Position numbers and translations under genes: made by a program
Source: Chitinophagales bacterium
GTDB taxonomy: Bacteria > Bacteroidota > Bacteroidia > Chitinophagales > Chitinophagaceae
NCBI GenBank assembly: GCA_038222655.1
Contig: JBBRHM010000001.1
Span: 3,350-67,349, forward strand
Length of the DNA: 64,000 nt
Direction of reading: 5' to 3'
The notes under the pieces: model-generated
Told to the model about the DNA's origin: nothing
Seen by the model: only the letters and a program-made list of their open reading frames with translations
Database searches by the model: none
In this document: in pieces, positions 18,437 to 28,098 of the stretch
Numbering within the stretch: position 1 is the first letter of the stretch
Layout of the letters: each line of letters begins with the position of its first letter

Positions 18437-20059
18437 TTAGATTGATTTTTTTATACTTTTTAAAAGATCTTTAGATTTTTTCAGTTGCAGACTTAATATA
18501 CTTTGTGAGTCTGTTTCTTTTGCATGGTCTGCATGTATTCTTTTAGCAAGGCGCTCAGGAAGAAATTCGTTAAGTAATATCAGACACCATCTCAATCCGA
18601 ATAGTGGCAGGTAGGCTTCCAGTCTCTTTTCAATTAAAAGATCATTGGTAAATATGCCTCTCACCTTATCAATCCATTGCCCTCTTACTTCTTCAGAAAG
18701 ATTCATTGCGGGATGCCAATAAAAATCAGCAACCAGCTTAACAGGATCATCCCACCCAAAATATTCAAAATCAATAAAAGTGATTTGCCCTCTTTCATTT
18801 CTTATCGCATTGTGTGCGCCAAAATCAGAGGGGCTGGGTATCCGCAACGATGAATCAAGTGTATTTTGAAATGTGTTACCGGTTATTATTTTTGCAGATT
18901 TTACAGCCTGAACGAACACAGGCATGAAATCATTTTCTAAGAAATCTGCCAGCGGAGCAGCGTTTACTTCATTTAAGCGGGACAATCTTTTTTCGATTTG
19001 CTTTGTAATTTCCAGGCCACTTAAGCAGGCTTCTGAAGCTTCTGAAAATTGACGAAACTGATCTGTTGCCCGACTCATTAACGCAAGCCGTTTGATAAAT
19101 TCTACACAAGTTTCGATGAATACATGGTCAGGCTTATCAATCACATGTCCATCAATCCATGAGTATATGGCCCAGTTCAGATTCTCATCTTTAGCCAAAG
19201 CATTTGTTACAGGGAAACCTGCTTTCGCAAGAATGGTACAGGCCGAAAATTCTGTTTCGAGTCTGGTACGACGGTCAGATTGTAAGTCGGGATAAATTTT
19301 CAGTGCACACTTATCTCCGTTTACCATGCTAAGCATAAATATCCTGCTGTTGCCACGCCCTTTTTTTAACGCTGCTTTTTCTATCTGTAAAAAAGGAAAA
19401 ACTATTTGTGCGGATTTACAGATATCTTCTGTTGTCCATTCACCAATCAATTCTCTGGTAATGGACCGCCATGAAGAGATAACTTTTGCGCTGGTTTTTT
19501 CGCCGGCTTTTTTCTGCGGATCAAAAAGATATTGATTTGTCGTTACAGGAAATGATGATTCATCAAATACTTCCTGAAGGTCATCAATAAAATGCGTACA
19601 GCCAAGTGAAATGATGCGATCTATTTTCGATTCACGCGTAGGTTCAAAAAAAACTTTATCCTGGGGAACAGAAGGTGCGTTATCTCCCGCAAGTTTATTA
19701 GCAAGTAACCACTTCATTGCTTCAACACGCAACGGGATTTTTTCTTCATCGAAATGACCGTAAGGGGATTTATGACTTACAACTGATACCTGATGCCCTT
19801 TTTGGTTTGCAAGAAAAAGAAATTCTGTAAACCCGGGGAAGATACTTGCTTTATGCATGTATTTACCATAGATCTGACCTTGTAATCTTTGCCAATTAAT
19901 ATCACCATCAGGCTGTGACATGATCATGTCTTTAACCTGCGCTTTGGAAAGTCCCTCAACTTTATCCTCAATCAGGTAAAGCTCTTTAGCTATAATAACA
20001 AAAACATTATCATAACAGGCAATGGTATTATCAAAATCAACACCTATACAAAACTTCAT
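18437..20059 (-). CDS. HAD-like hydrolase fused to an APH/choline-kinase-like phosphotransferase
   Basis: N-term GVDFDNT and HFIDDL (HAD motifs I and IV); C-term GRGNSR, ALKIY, SPSDFGAHN, IDFEYFGWDDP. Confidence 0.7.
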   Translation of the reverse strand: MKFCIGVDFDNTIACYDNVFVIIAKELYLIEDKVEGLSKAQVKDMIMSQPDGDINWQRLQGQIYGKYMHKASIFPGFTEFLFLANQKGHQVSVVSHKSPYGHFDEEKIPLRVEAMKWLLANKLAGDNAPSVPQDKVFFEPTRESKIDRIISLGCTHFIDDLQEVFDESSFPVTTNQYLFDPQKKAGEKTSAKVISSWRSITRELIGEWTTEDICKSAQIVFPFLQIEKAALKKGRGNSRIFMLSMVNGDKCALKIYPDLQSDRRTRLETEFSACTILAKAGFPVTNALAKDENLNWAIYSWIDGHVIDKPDHVFIETCVEFIKRLALMSRATDQFRQFSEASEACLSGLEITKQIEKRLSRLNEVNAAPLADFLENDFMPVFVQAVKSAKIITGNTFQNTLDSSLRIPSPSDFGAHNAIRNERGQITFIDFEYFGWDDPVKLVADFYWHPAMNLSEEVRGQWIDKVRGIFTNDLLIEKRLEAYLPLFGLRWCLILLNEFLPERLAKRIHADHAKETDSQSILSLQLKKSKDLLKSIKKSI

Positions 20060-21048
20060 TTCAGATCTATGCTCTGCATTCTTTTAATATTGAAATACTG
20101 TTCGCCGGACAGAGAATCGGGAAGTAAGCCTTCTTCAAATGCGCGTTTCAGGTCTTCCGCCGCTTCGCGGATCGTGTGTTGTGGCACGAATCCCAGTTTT
20201 TCGGCTATTTTTTTTGAAGAGATATGATATGACCTGTTATCATTGGTTGGTGTTGCTATTAATTTAACATCATCACCTACTACTTTCTGAACTGTTTCAG
20301 CAAGTTCCAGCACAGTTTGATTTTCAAAGCCAGCATTAAATATTTCACCGGCTATTTTTTCCTTTGGTGCACGCAGTAAAGTAATGTATGCATCAACCAT
20401 ATCGGCAATATGTATGTTAGGACGGAGTTGTTTGCCGCCAAATACACTGATTTCTCTTTTATGAAAAGCCAGGTTGGTAAGAATATTCACCACAACATCT
20501 AAGCGTTGCCGTGTGGAATATCCGCATACTGTTGCCGGACGGATCGTAACTGTTGTAAAATCGTGTGTCTGGAATTTAGCAAGTATTTTTTCGCAATCTG
20601 CTTTGAACTTTGAGTAATCAGTTAACGGTTCAAGAGACATTTCTTCATGCACATCCTGCTCTTCTTTAACACCGTATACAGATGAAGATGAGGCATAAAT
20701 AAAACGTTCAACGCCTGCATCTTTACTGATCCGTACAAGTGGTTCGAATGCATCCAGGTTGATCGATTTTCCGAGATTGGGATTCAATTCAAAACTTGGA
20801 TCATTGGAAATACAGGCAAGGTGTATCACTGCATTGTGGCCCGGAATTGTTTTGCGCAATAAATCTGCATCGCGAATATCACCTTTTACAAGCGTAAGAT
20901 CAATATGGGGTTTCAAAACGCTTTCTCCATACATCATTAGGTCAAGCACGGTTACTGAAAATCCTTCACTAAGTAATTTTGGTACCAGCATGGCGCCAAC
21001 GTAACCTGCACCCCCCGTGATATAAACTTTTCTATTTGTGCTGCTCAT
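20056..21048 (-). CDS. NAD-dependent epimerase/dehydratase
   Basis: ITGGAGYVG, HLACISND, ASSSSVYG, YSKFK, RPATVCG. Confidence 0.88.
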   Translation of the reverse strand: MSSTNRKVYITGGAGYVGAMLVPKLLSEGFSVTVLDLMMYGESVLKPHIDLTLVKGDIRDADLLRKTIPGHNAVIHLACISNDPSFELNPNLGKSINLDAFEPLVRISKDAGVERFIYASSSSVYGVKEEQDVHEEMSLEPLTDYSKFKADCEKILAKFQTHDFTTVTIRPATVCGYSTRQRLDVVVNILTNLAFHKREISVFGGKQLRPNIHIADMVDAYITLLRAPKEKIAGEIFNAGFENQTVLELAETVQKVVGDDVKLIATPTNDNRSYHISSKKIAEKLGFVPQHTIREAAEDLKRAFEEGLLPDSLSGEQYFNIKRMQSIDLK

Positions 21049-21084
21049 CGCTATGTTTGTTTGGTTAAATGATATTTATTTCGG

Positions 21085-22077
21085 CTAAGATGATGCTTGT
21101 GGACCCAGGTATTTGAACCAGTCCTGCGTTGCCGAGGCAATACTGTCGGGTGTCCATACAGGAGCGTTGTGCCAGTAGTCAATACTGTCAACCACTTTTG
21201 ATACGCCTTCTTCAATCGGTACTCTTGGTTTCCAGCCAAGCTCCGTATTAATCTTACTTATATCGGCAAAAGTACAATCCGGTTCGCCGGGGCGTTTAGG
21301 AATATGTGTTTTTTCGCCACCCAAAAGTTCTACCAACCTGTTTACTGAAACTGTTTGCCCACTGCCGATATTGTATATTTTTCCAACCTCATTACTTTGG
21401 GCTGCGGCAATTAGGGCCTGGGCTACATCTGTAACGTAGGTAAAATCACGTGTCTGTTCTCCATCCCCAACTATTGTCAAAGGCTTATTGGCTAATTTTT
21501 GGGCCAGAAAAACGCCAAACACTGCACCATAGGTTCCTGATGTGCGTGAGCGGGTACCATATACATTAAAGAACCTGCAAGATAAGGCAGCTAATTTATA
21601 TACCTGCGCCCAATGCATAACCAGTTCCTCGCCCATGCGTTTAGTAAGTGCATATGGATATTGTGGACGGATCTCTGCCGTTTCGGGTGTTGGATAATTA
21701 TCCGGAATACCGTAACATGATGATGAGGCTGCGTATATAAATTTTTTAACTCCTGCAGCATTACTTGCCTGCAATACATTAAAAGTACCATCAACATTTG
21801 CCCGGAAATAAGCTTCGGGTTTTTGAATACTTGGAACGATATCTGCTAATGCAGCCAGATGAAATACCCAGTCAACATCCTGAAAATTTTTGACCCATTC
21901 TCCGGATACAGAGAGATCACATTCAACAAGGTTAACCTTGCCTTTTACATGATCAAGGTTTTCGCGACGACCCGTACTGAAATTATCCAGCACAGTAACG
22001 TCATGTCCCAATTCAATAAGTGCATCCACCAAATGACTACCAATAAATCCAGCGCCGCCTGTTACAATAGACTTCAT
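21085..22077 (-). CDS. NAD-dependent epimerase/dehydratase
   Basis: VTGGAGFIGSHL, HLAA, ASSSCYG, PYALTK, RFFNVYG, TRDFTYV. Confidence 0.9.
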   Translation of the reverse strand: MKSIVTGGAGFIGSHLVDALIELGHDVTVLDNFSTGRRENLDHVKGKVNLVECDLSVSGEWVKNFQDVDWVFHLAALADIVPSIQKPEAYFRANVDGTFNVLQASNAAGVKKFIYAASSSCYGIPDNYPTPETAEIRPQYPYALTKRMGEELVMHWAQVYKLAALSCRFFNVYGTRSRTSGTYGAVFGVFLAQKLANKPLTIVGDGEQTRDFTYVTDVAQALIAAAQSNEVGKIYNIGSGQTVSVNRLVELLGGEKTHIPKRPGEPDCTFADISKINTELGWKPRVPIEEGVSKVVDSIDYWHNAPVWTPDSIASATQDWFKYLGPQASS

Positions 22078-22087
22078 AGGTCTTAAA

Positions 22088-22657
22088 TTATTTTTTTTCG
22101 ATTTTGTGTTTGCTTAACCATTGCATGCACATATGGCCTACCATCATTTGCAAGTCTTCTGAAACCTGCATATCGTTGATCTCAAAATGGATCGGGTGTT
22201 GCGCAATGTCTTTACATTTTCCACCTGAAAAACCAAGGATCGCAAAGGATATTAGGCCTTTACTATTCGCCATTTCTAATGCCTTTACAATATTGGGAGA
22301 ATTACCACTGCCTGATAATACAACGAGTACATCTCCTGCATTGGCTTTTACACGCAACTGTTCGGCATATACATTTTCATAACCGATATCATTGGCAAGA
22401 CAGGTTAAAATAGATGTATTGGCACTTAAAGATTCTACCCGTAATCCAATACCATTTTTGATACCGGCACCATAGAGAAAATCGTTTGCAAGATGCACGG
22501 CATTACCTGCGCTCCCGCCATTACCGCAAAAATAAATGGTCTTGCTATTTTCCCATGCCTGTTTAAGCGCTTCTCCTAATACCGGTATCTGGTTTATAGC
22601 AGGAAGTGTGAATGCGTAATTTATTTTCTCCAAATACGTTTGTACAATGTCCAACAT
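22088..22657 (-). CDS. gmhA: SIS-domain phosphosugar isomerase (GmhA, sedoheptulose-7-P isomerase family)
   Basis: CGNGGSA, CLANDIGY, SGSGNSPN, GFSGG, EDLQM. Confidence 0.82.
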   Translation of the reverse strand: MLDIVQTYLEKINYAFTLPAINQIPVLGEALKQAWENSKTIYFCGNGGSAGNAVHLANDFLYGAGIKNGIGLRVESLSANTSILTCLANDIGYENVYAEQLRVKANAGDVLVVLSGSGNSPNIVKALEMANSKGLISFAILGFSGGKCKDIAQHPIHFEINDMQVSEDLQMMVGHMCMQWLSKHKIEKK

Positions 22658-24414
22658 CAGAAAAGGTTTTTATTAGATAAAATTTCACTTGGTGCTCCTT
22701 CTAACACAACCTTGCCATGTTTCAGTCTGTAAATTTTGTCGCAATCTTCAACTGTCGAAAGGCGGTGTGCTACTATGATCAGTGTTTTTGTTCCATGTAA
22801 TGCTTTCAATGCCATCATCACATCCTGTTCAGTTGCTGTATCAAGCGCGCGGGTTGCTTCATCCAATACCAATACTTCCGGGTTGTGATACATAGCCCTG
22901 GCAATGCCAATTCGCTGTCGCTGGCCACCTGAAAGTCTTACTCCTCTTTCCCCTACCATCGTGTCAAGTCCTTCCGGCAGGCTGCTCACAAATTCTTCCA
23001 ATTGCGCTGCATGAATAGCATTTAGTACTGCATCTTCATTGATTTTTCCTTGGGGAATTCCAAATGCCACATTTTTTCTTAGTGTATCATCTGTCAGGTA
23101 AATAGACTGAGGAACATATCCTAATTGATTCTGCCATGCGCGCAGGTTAGTACTAATATCCAGCCCATCTACCACTATCTGGCCGGATGAAGGCTGGAGA
23201 AGACCCAGAATAATATCTACAAGCGTGCTCTTACCCGAACCGCTATGGCCAATAAACCCAACAGCCGATCCTTTAGGAATTGTGATATTTATATTATTGA
23301 GTGCATTTGAATTAGCTACCGGGTAACGGAAACCTAATTCTTTGATCTCAATTTTCTCTTTAAATGCAGCTATAGAATGATCAGTAACCGGCACTTCATT
23401 ATCCCTGATCAGGTTAAACTCATTAAAAAGAACATCAACAACAGGTTTTGAATAAGATATGTTTTGAAAGGAGGCCATGATCCTATTTACCGAAGGGATC
23501 ATACGAAATGCGGCGGCAACGAAAATTCCTAAAGTAGGCACCAGTTGGTCTAATGGTTTTGATTGCAAAACCATGATGACAATCAATCCGGCCAGTCCCG
23601 ATACTGCCAACAATTCCAGATAAAGCCTTGGCACCTGTCCCAAAGTTGTTACCCGGGTAATAATATTTGCATATTTAATATTGTGTTCTGAGTATTCATC
23701 AAGAAAATATTCTTCCCTTCCCAAAAGTTTTACATCTTTTACACCTCCAAGGCCCTGCATAAGATATTGCCCCGTAAGCCCCGCATGAAACTGTCTTCTT
23801 TCTCCCCAGAATATTAGTTTTTTTTTCGTAGCCTTATGAAATGCGTATCCGAATAAGCCTAAAAAAGAAGTAATGGTAATGGCGCCCACGGGTTCAATTA
23901 AAATGAGCATGAAGGCAACTCCAAAAACAACTGAAAGTTCAGTAGAAAGAAATATGGCTGATTGAGATAAGCCGGTAAATATCCCAACCTCACCCTGTAT
24001 GTTTCGGAGGAGTTGTGCCGAATTTCTTTGAAGATGAAAAGTATAGGGTAAACGCAGGTACCCAAGAAAAAGGTTTTGAGAAAGGTCCGCAGAAAGCTTT
24101 GCGGTAAATCTGGATTGCTTCCATGTGAGGAATAATAAAAAAGTGGCTTTAAGAAAGTACATCAGTACAAGAATTGACATCCCCCAAAAAACCAATGTAC
24201 TTTGCTTTGGATTGCCTAAATGATTGAGTAAGGGTTGTACAGCCGGGTATGATTTACCAATATCAGGTTTAAGCATCAGGCTTACAGCCGGAAGCATCAT
24301 TCCTAACCCAAGCATTTCAAATAACATTCCAATAATAATCAAGCCTGTCAGAATCAACAGTGCCCGTTTTTGAGAATGGGAAAGAAGTTGAAATATTTTT
24401 TTATAAAAAGACAT
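22657..24414 (-). CDS. ABC exporter/flippase (PglK/Wzk/MsbA-like, TMD+NBD)
   Basis: TM helices, Walker A GHSGSGKST, LSGGQRQR, Walker B LVLDE; stop overlaps the gmhA start (TGATG). Confidence 0.88.
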   Translation of the reverse strand: MSFYKKIFQLLSHSQKRALLILTGLIIIGMLFEMLGLGMMLPAVSLMLKPDIGKSYPAVQPLLNHLGNPKQSTLVFWGMSILVLMYFLKATFLLFLTWKQSRFTAKLSADLSQNLFLGYLRLPYTFHLQRNSAQLLRNIQGEVGIFTGLSQSAIFLSTELSVVFGVAFMLILIEPVGAITITSFLGLFGYAFHKATKKKLIFWGERRQFHAGLTGQYLMQGLGGVKDVKLLGREEYFLDEYSEHNIKYANIITRVTTLGQVPRLYLELLAVSGLAGLIVIMVLQSKPLDQLVPTLGIFVAAAFRMIPSVNRIMASFQNISYSKPVVDVLFNEFNLIRDNEVPVTDHSIAAFKEKIEIKELGFRYPVANSNALNNINITIPKGSAVGFIGHSGSGKSTLVDIILGLLQPSSGQIVVDGLDISTNLRAWQNQLGYVPQSIYLTDDTLRKNVAFGIPQGKINEDAVLNAIHAAQLEEFVSSLPEGLDTMVGERGVRLSGGQRQRIGIARAMYHNPEVLVLDEATRALDTATEQDVMMALKALHGTKTLIIVAHRLSTVEDCDKIYRLKHGKVVLEGAPSEILSNKNLF

Positions 24415-24491
24415 TCGTGTTTTAATAAATACTTTTATCAGTGAGACTGTAATTTCTTAAACAGGTAACCGGCATCTGATCCTGTTTATTC

Positions 24492-25580
24492 CTACTTGCT
24501 TGATTCAATTGCAAACAATCCTTTCCATAACCTGACACCTACCAGGCAGATAATAACCAGGAGCCCGGCCAAAAGGCCTCCTGTGGCAATTGATTTTATC
24601 CTGCTTACTTTGGTTTTTGGCAATGGTAAAATGGGTTTATCTATTACTTGTATCAACGGTGTTTCTTTCCTGAGAGAGACCTTGGCTATTTCTACGTTTT
24701 GGACCAGTTGTGTTAAGATAGCAGTATTTGCCTGCACATCTATCTGTTTTCGCGAAGAAGTAACACGTTTAATATTTAAAGCAGGATTTAAGTTAAAGGT
24801 ATTATCGTTGGCTGAGGCAACTCCTGAGATACCTGCATTTAATTCGGCACGAATTGAATCTGATTGTTTTTCGAGTATCGCGAGATTGATCTTTGCCTTT
24901 TTTGATTTTGTATCAATATAAAATTCAGATACTTGTTTAACAAGTTCTTCGGTAAAAAGTTTTGAGAAGAGTTCATCTTCACAAACTACTTCTACATATG
25001 TTATAGAAACTTTTTTATCTTTTTGTCCAACAGAAAGCATCCCCCCCGATATAATGGCTCCCGATATGGAGCCCATGATCTTATTTTTTTCTAATGAATA
25101 ATCTTCAAGATTCTCATTTGGTAAAAACTGGATATTTTGATTTTCTGACCCTTCTTTTTTCCATTCATTTCTTAGACCTGTAAACTGAATATAATACTCA
25201 GCCAACGACATGTCTTTCCCTCCAATTTTTACTGGATTCAGCAAGGTTTTTTCAACCAGTGTTCTCGACCTCATTAGTTCCATCAGGTTTGCGCCACTGA
25301 ATATACCTCCACCACTACTACCTAAATCAAAGCCAAACTGGCTGGCAAATCCACCGATCCCCCCGGCTGAACCACCTGAGGCTTTTTCATCTTCCAAAGC
25401 AAAGCTTAAGGTGGCAGTATAAACAGGTTTATGCATATTAGCATAGATAAATCCGATAGATCCGCCCAACAGTCCTACAACAAAAATCACCAACCATTTA
25501 GTTAACAAATAGTTTTTCCATTCATTAATCTTCAGAATAACGTCTTTGATAGTGATTTCTTCTTCCGCTTTTTCTTCCAT
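24492..25580 (-). CDS. Wzz-like chain-length regulator (polysaccharide co-polymerase, no kinase domain)
   Basis: Two TM helices at the termini, coiled-coil centre, QVIDKPILP proline motif before the C-terminal TM. Confidence 0.8.
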   Translation of the reverse strand: MEEKAEEEITIKDVILKINEWKNYLLTKWLVIFVVGLLGGSIGFIYANMHKPVYTATLSFALEDEKASGGSAGGIGGFASQFGFDLGSSGGGIFSGANLMELMRSRTLVEKTLLNPVKIGGKDMSLAEYYIQFTGLRNEWKKEGSENQNIQFLPNENLEDYSLEKNKIMGSISGAIISGGMLSVGQKDKKVSITYVEVVCEDELFSKLFTEELVKQVSEFYIDTKSKKAKINLAILEKQSDSIRAELNAGISGVASANDNTFNLNPALNIKRVTSSRKQIDVQANTAILTQLVQNVEIAKVSLRKETPLIQVIDKPILPLPKTKVSRIKSIATGGLLAGLLVIICLVGVRLWKGLFAIESSK

Positions 25581-25611
25581 GAATATTATTTTAACAACAA
25601 ATGCATTTTGC

Positions 25612-28074
25612 TTATCTTCTTAATATTGCAATCACAACCCCCGCCAAACTCGCCAACGCACTTGCAATACCAACTATTTCGCCTGTACTTGTCCCTTTCT
25701 TTACTGGTTTTCCCGGGACTACCAATTCACTACCTGGAAATATTTTAGGATAAGATTTAAAGAAAAAAAAGTGCTTAGTCGTAGCCGCCTTCCCATTTGC
25801 ATATACCACATAAGCTTTCCGCCGCCAGGCATCCCCATTAAAGCCACCCGCCTCATTAATGTAATCCTTTAAATTATTCTTCTTTTGATAAGGCACTTGT
25901 GTAGCAAGAAGCACGGCACCGCTAACCTTCACCTGCCCATCAAATTTTGGAATAAATAATTCATCTTTCGATTTAAGCACCAGGTCTTCAATTGAGCCTG
26001 GGGTTTTATTAATAGAAGGCAGGTCAAGCGGAATCTGGTCAAACTCCCTTTTGATCTCAGCTATTTCTTTATCCAATCCAGTGGTATCTTTTAACCTTTT
26101 TTGCAACTGTTTAATGACATCTTCAGATTTTTGTTTTTCTTTTTCCGTTTTGTAGCGTTTCAGGTAAGCACCTTCCGGGTAAGCATCCGGGGTTACCCCC
26201 CCAGCTCTTTTCAATAAATCACTTACTCTTTCATTTCTGCTGCTAAGTGCATACGGACCGGGATATTGCACCTGGCCGCTAACGGTAACTGTTTCCGGTA
26301 TGGCATATCCGGCCTTCCTTCGTATGGTTATTACATCAAATGCCTGTAAAGGTATATTCGCAGTTGGAGAGCTAAGATCACCATTAATAACTGAGTTGAT
26401 AATGGTACTGGCGCGGTTATCCGTAGTGGATATACTGTCTCTTTTGAGTAAACGGGCGATTTCAATATTCTTAAACGCTGCATCGGTAAACCCACCTGCT
26501 TGTAAAATAAGATCCTTCAGAGTAAGGTTCTCTACATAATCGTATTGACCGGGTAACCTTACCTCACCCTGGATAGTAACTTTAAAAGAATCTTTCAGGT
26601 CCTGCACAGAACTGATCAACACTTCATCTTCACGCCGCAATGCAGAATTATTGGTAGCATCTCCAGCAAGCGCTTTTTTAATATCGAATGAAACAATACT
26701 CCGGGTAAGATCTTCCTGTAAACGGATAATCTGGCCTCTCCCTGTGAAAGCATCTTCTTTCAGCCCATCGGCTCTGCGGATAAGTTCTGCTACTGTTAAT
26801 CCGGGAGTTAACTCGTATGCATCAGGACGGAAAACTGCTCCGCTGATTCGAACACGATTCTGAAAACGATTCAATATTTTTGATATGACAAAAAGATCCC
26901 CGGATTGGGGTTGGTAGCTGTCATAAGCAGTAGATACAAGATCAAATACTTTTCTTTCTTTATCACTGCGTTGAAAAACTTTTATAGAAGAATAATATGC
27001 AGTATCCGTGAAACCTGAAGCAAACGCTACAATGTTGGAAAAATGCTCGCCAGGCAAAACTTCAAATATTCCAGGCCTCTTAACCTGCCCCTCCAGCTCA
27101 ACCCTTGTTTTATAAGCAGGAATACGGATCACATCATTATCTTTCAAACCAATATTATCGGACTGATCACCCTGCAGGAGCAAACGGTAGAGATCAATCT
27201 TGCGTTCCAATTTGTTATTGCGAAAAAGTTCTATTTCCCGGAAACTGCCGAATGCCGAGGGGCCACCGGCAATATATAATACATTGAATACGGTTGACAG
27301 AGAAGAAACGGTGAAATTGCCTGGGCGGTTACTGCCAACAACAGTAACCCGGATACTGCGTATCTTACTTAAGGTTACTGATAATTTTGACCCACCAGAC
27401 CGCAAATAAGGATATACACTGTTGCCCATTACCGTTCTTAGTTTTTGGGTGGCCGCTTCTATAGTAAGCCCTGCCAGTTTTACCTGGCCCACATTGGGTA
27501 TAGAAATGCTGCCTTCGGGAGAGACGGTCAGTTCACCTTCGTATTGCTGTACGCCATATACAGATACCTGTATCTGGTCGTTAGGGCCCAGGATATAATT
27601 GACTGGCGTAGCCAGGCTTAAATTAGGTTCGAAACTTGGCGCTACGCCTGTGTATAATTCGGAACCGAATATAAGCGGGTTGATAAGGGGTTTTGTTTTC
27701 TCTGTTTTGCTGTAAGTATCCAAAGAATCAGGACTATTGTTACTACGCAAGGGCGCTGTTTCTTTCTTACCGTTTAATTTTCCTATTCCGGAATTATTAG
27801 TATCCATTGAGGAAAGTCTTTGCTTTAATTTAGCGAATTCAGCAGGGGGCATGCCTTTAGCAAGCGCCGCCTGCTCTGCCTGTTCAATCGTCATTCCGGA
27901 ACTTGTCAATTGGGTCTTCAGCTTGGCAATATCTGCATCGCTCAACTGATCAACCTTTAGCTGGCTTAGATCCTTCCCTTTTAACAGATCTTGCGCATGG
28001 AGTTCCTGGCTTCCAAAGAAAAGACAAAACGCGAAAAATATATATTTCAAAAAAACTGGTTTACGCATGTACAA
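25612..28074 (-). CDS. Polysaccharide export protein with multiple SLBB domains (Wza/KpsD-like)
   Basis: Signal peptide, YILGPND Poly_export motif, repeated V.G.V..PG.Y SLBB units, C-terminal hydrophobic helix. Confidence 0.88.
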   Translation of the reverse strand: MYMRKPVFLKYIFFAFCLFFGSQELHAQDLLKGKDLSQLKVDQLSDADIAKLKTQLTSSGMTIEQAEQAALAKGMPPAEFAKLKQRLSSMDTNNSGIGKLNGKKETAPLRSNNSPDSLDTYSKTEKTKPLINPLIFGSELYTGVAPSFEPNLSLATPVNYILGPNDQIQVSVYGVQQYEGELTVSPEGSISIPNVGQVKLAGLTIEAATQKLRTVMGNSVYPYLRSGGSKLSVTLSKIRSIRVTVVGSNRPGNFTVSSLSTVFNVLYIAGGPSAFGSFREIELFRNNKLERKIDLYRLLLQGDQSDNIGLKDNDVIRIPAYKTRVELEGQVKRPGIFEVLPGEHFSNIVAFASGFTDTAYYSSIKVFQRSDKERKVFDLVSTAYDSYQPQSGDLFVISKILNRFQNRVRISGAVFRPDAYELTPGLTVAELIRRADGLKEDAFTGRGQIIRLQEDLTRSIVSFDIKKALAGDATNNSALRREDEVLISSVQDLKDSFKVTIQGEVRLPGQYDYVENLTLKDLILQAGGFTDAAFKNIEIARLLKRDSISTTDNRASTIINSVINGDLSSPTANIPLQAFDVITIRRKAGYAIPETVTVSGQVQYPGPYALSSRNERVSDLLKRAGGVTPDAYPEGAYLKRYKTEKEKQKSEDVIKQLQKRLKDTTGLDKEIAEIKREFDQIPLDLPSINKTPGSIEDLVLKSKDELFIPKFDGQVKVSGAVLLATQVPYQKKNNLKDYINEAGGFNGDAWRRKAYVVYANGKAATTKHFFFFKSYPKIFPGSELVVPGKPVKKGTSTGEIVGIASALASLAGVVIAILRR

Positions 28075-28098
28075 TAGATTTTGATCTTAGGATTAATA

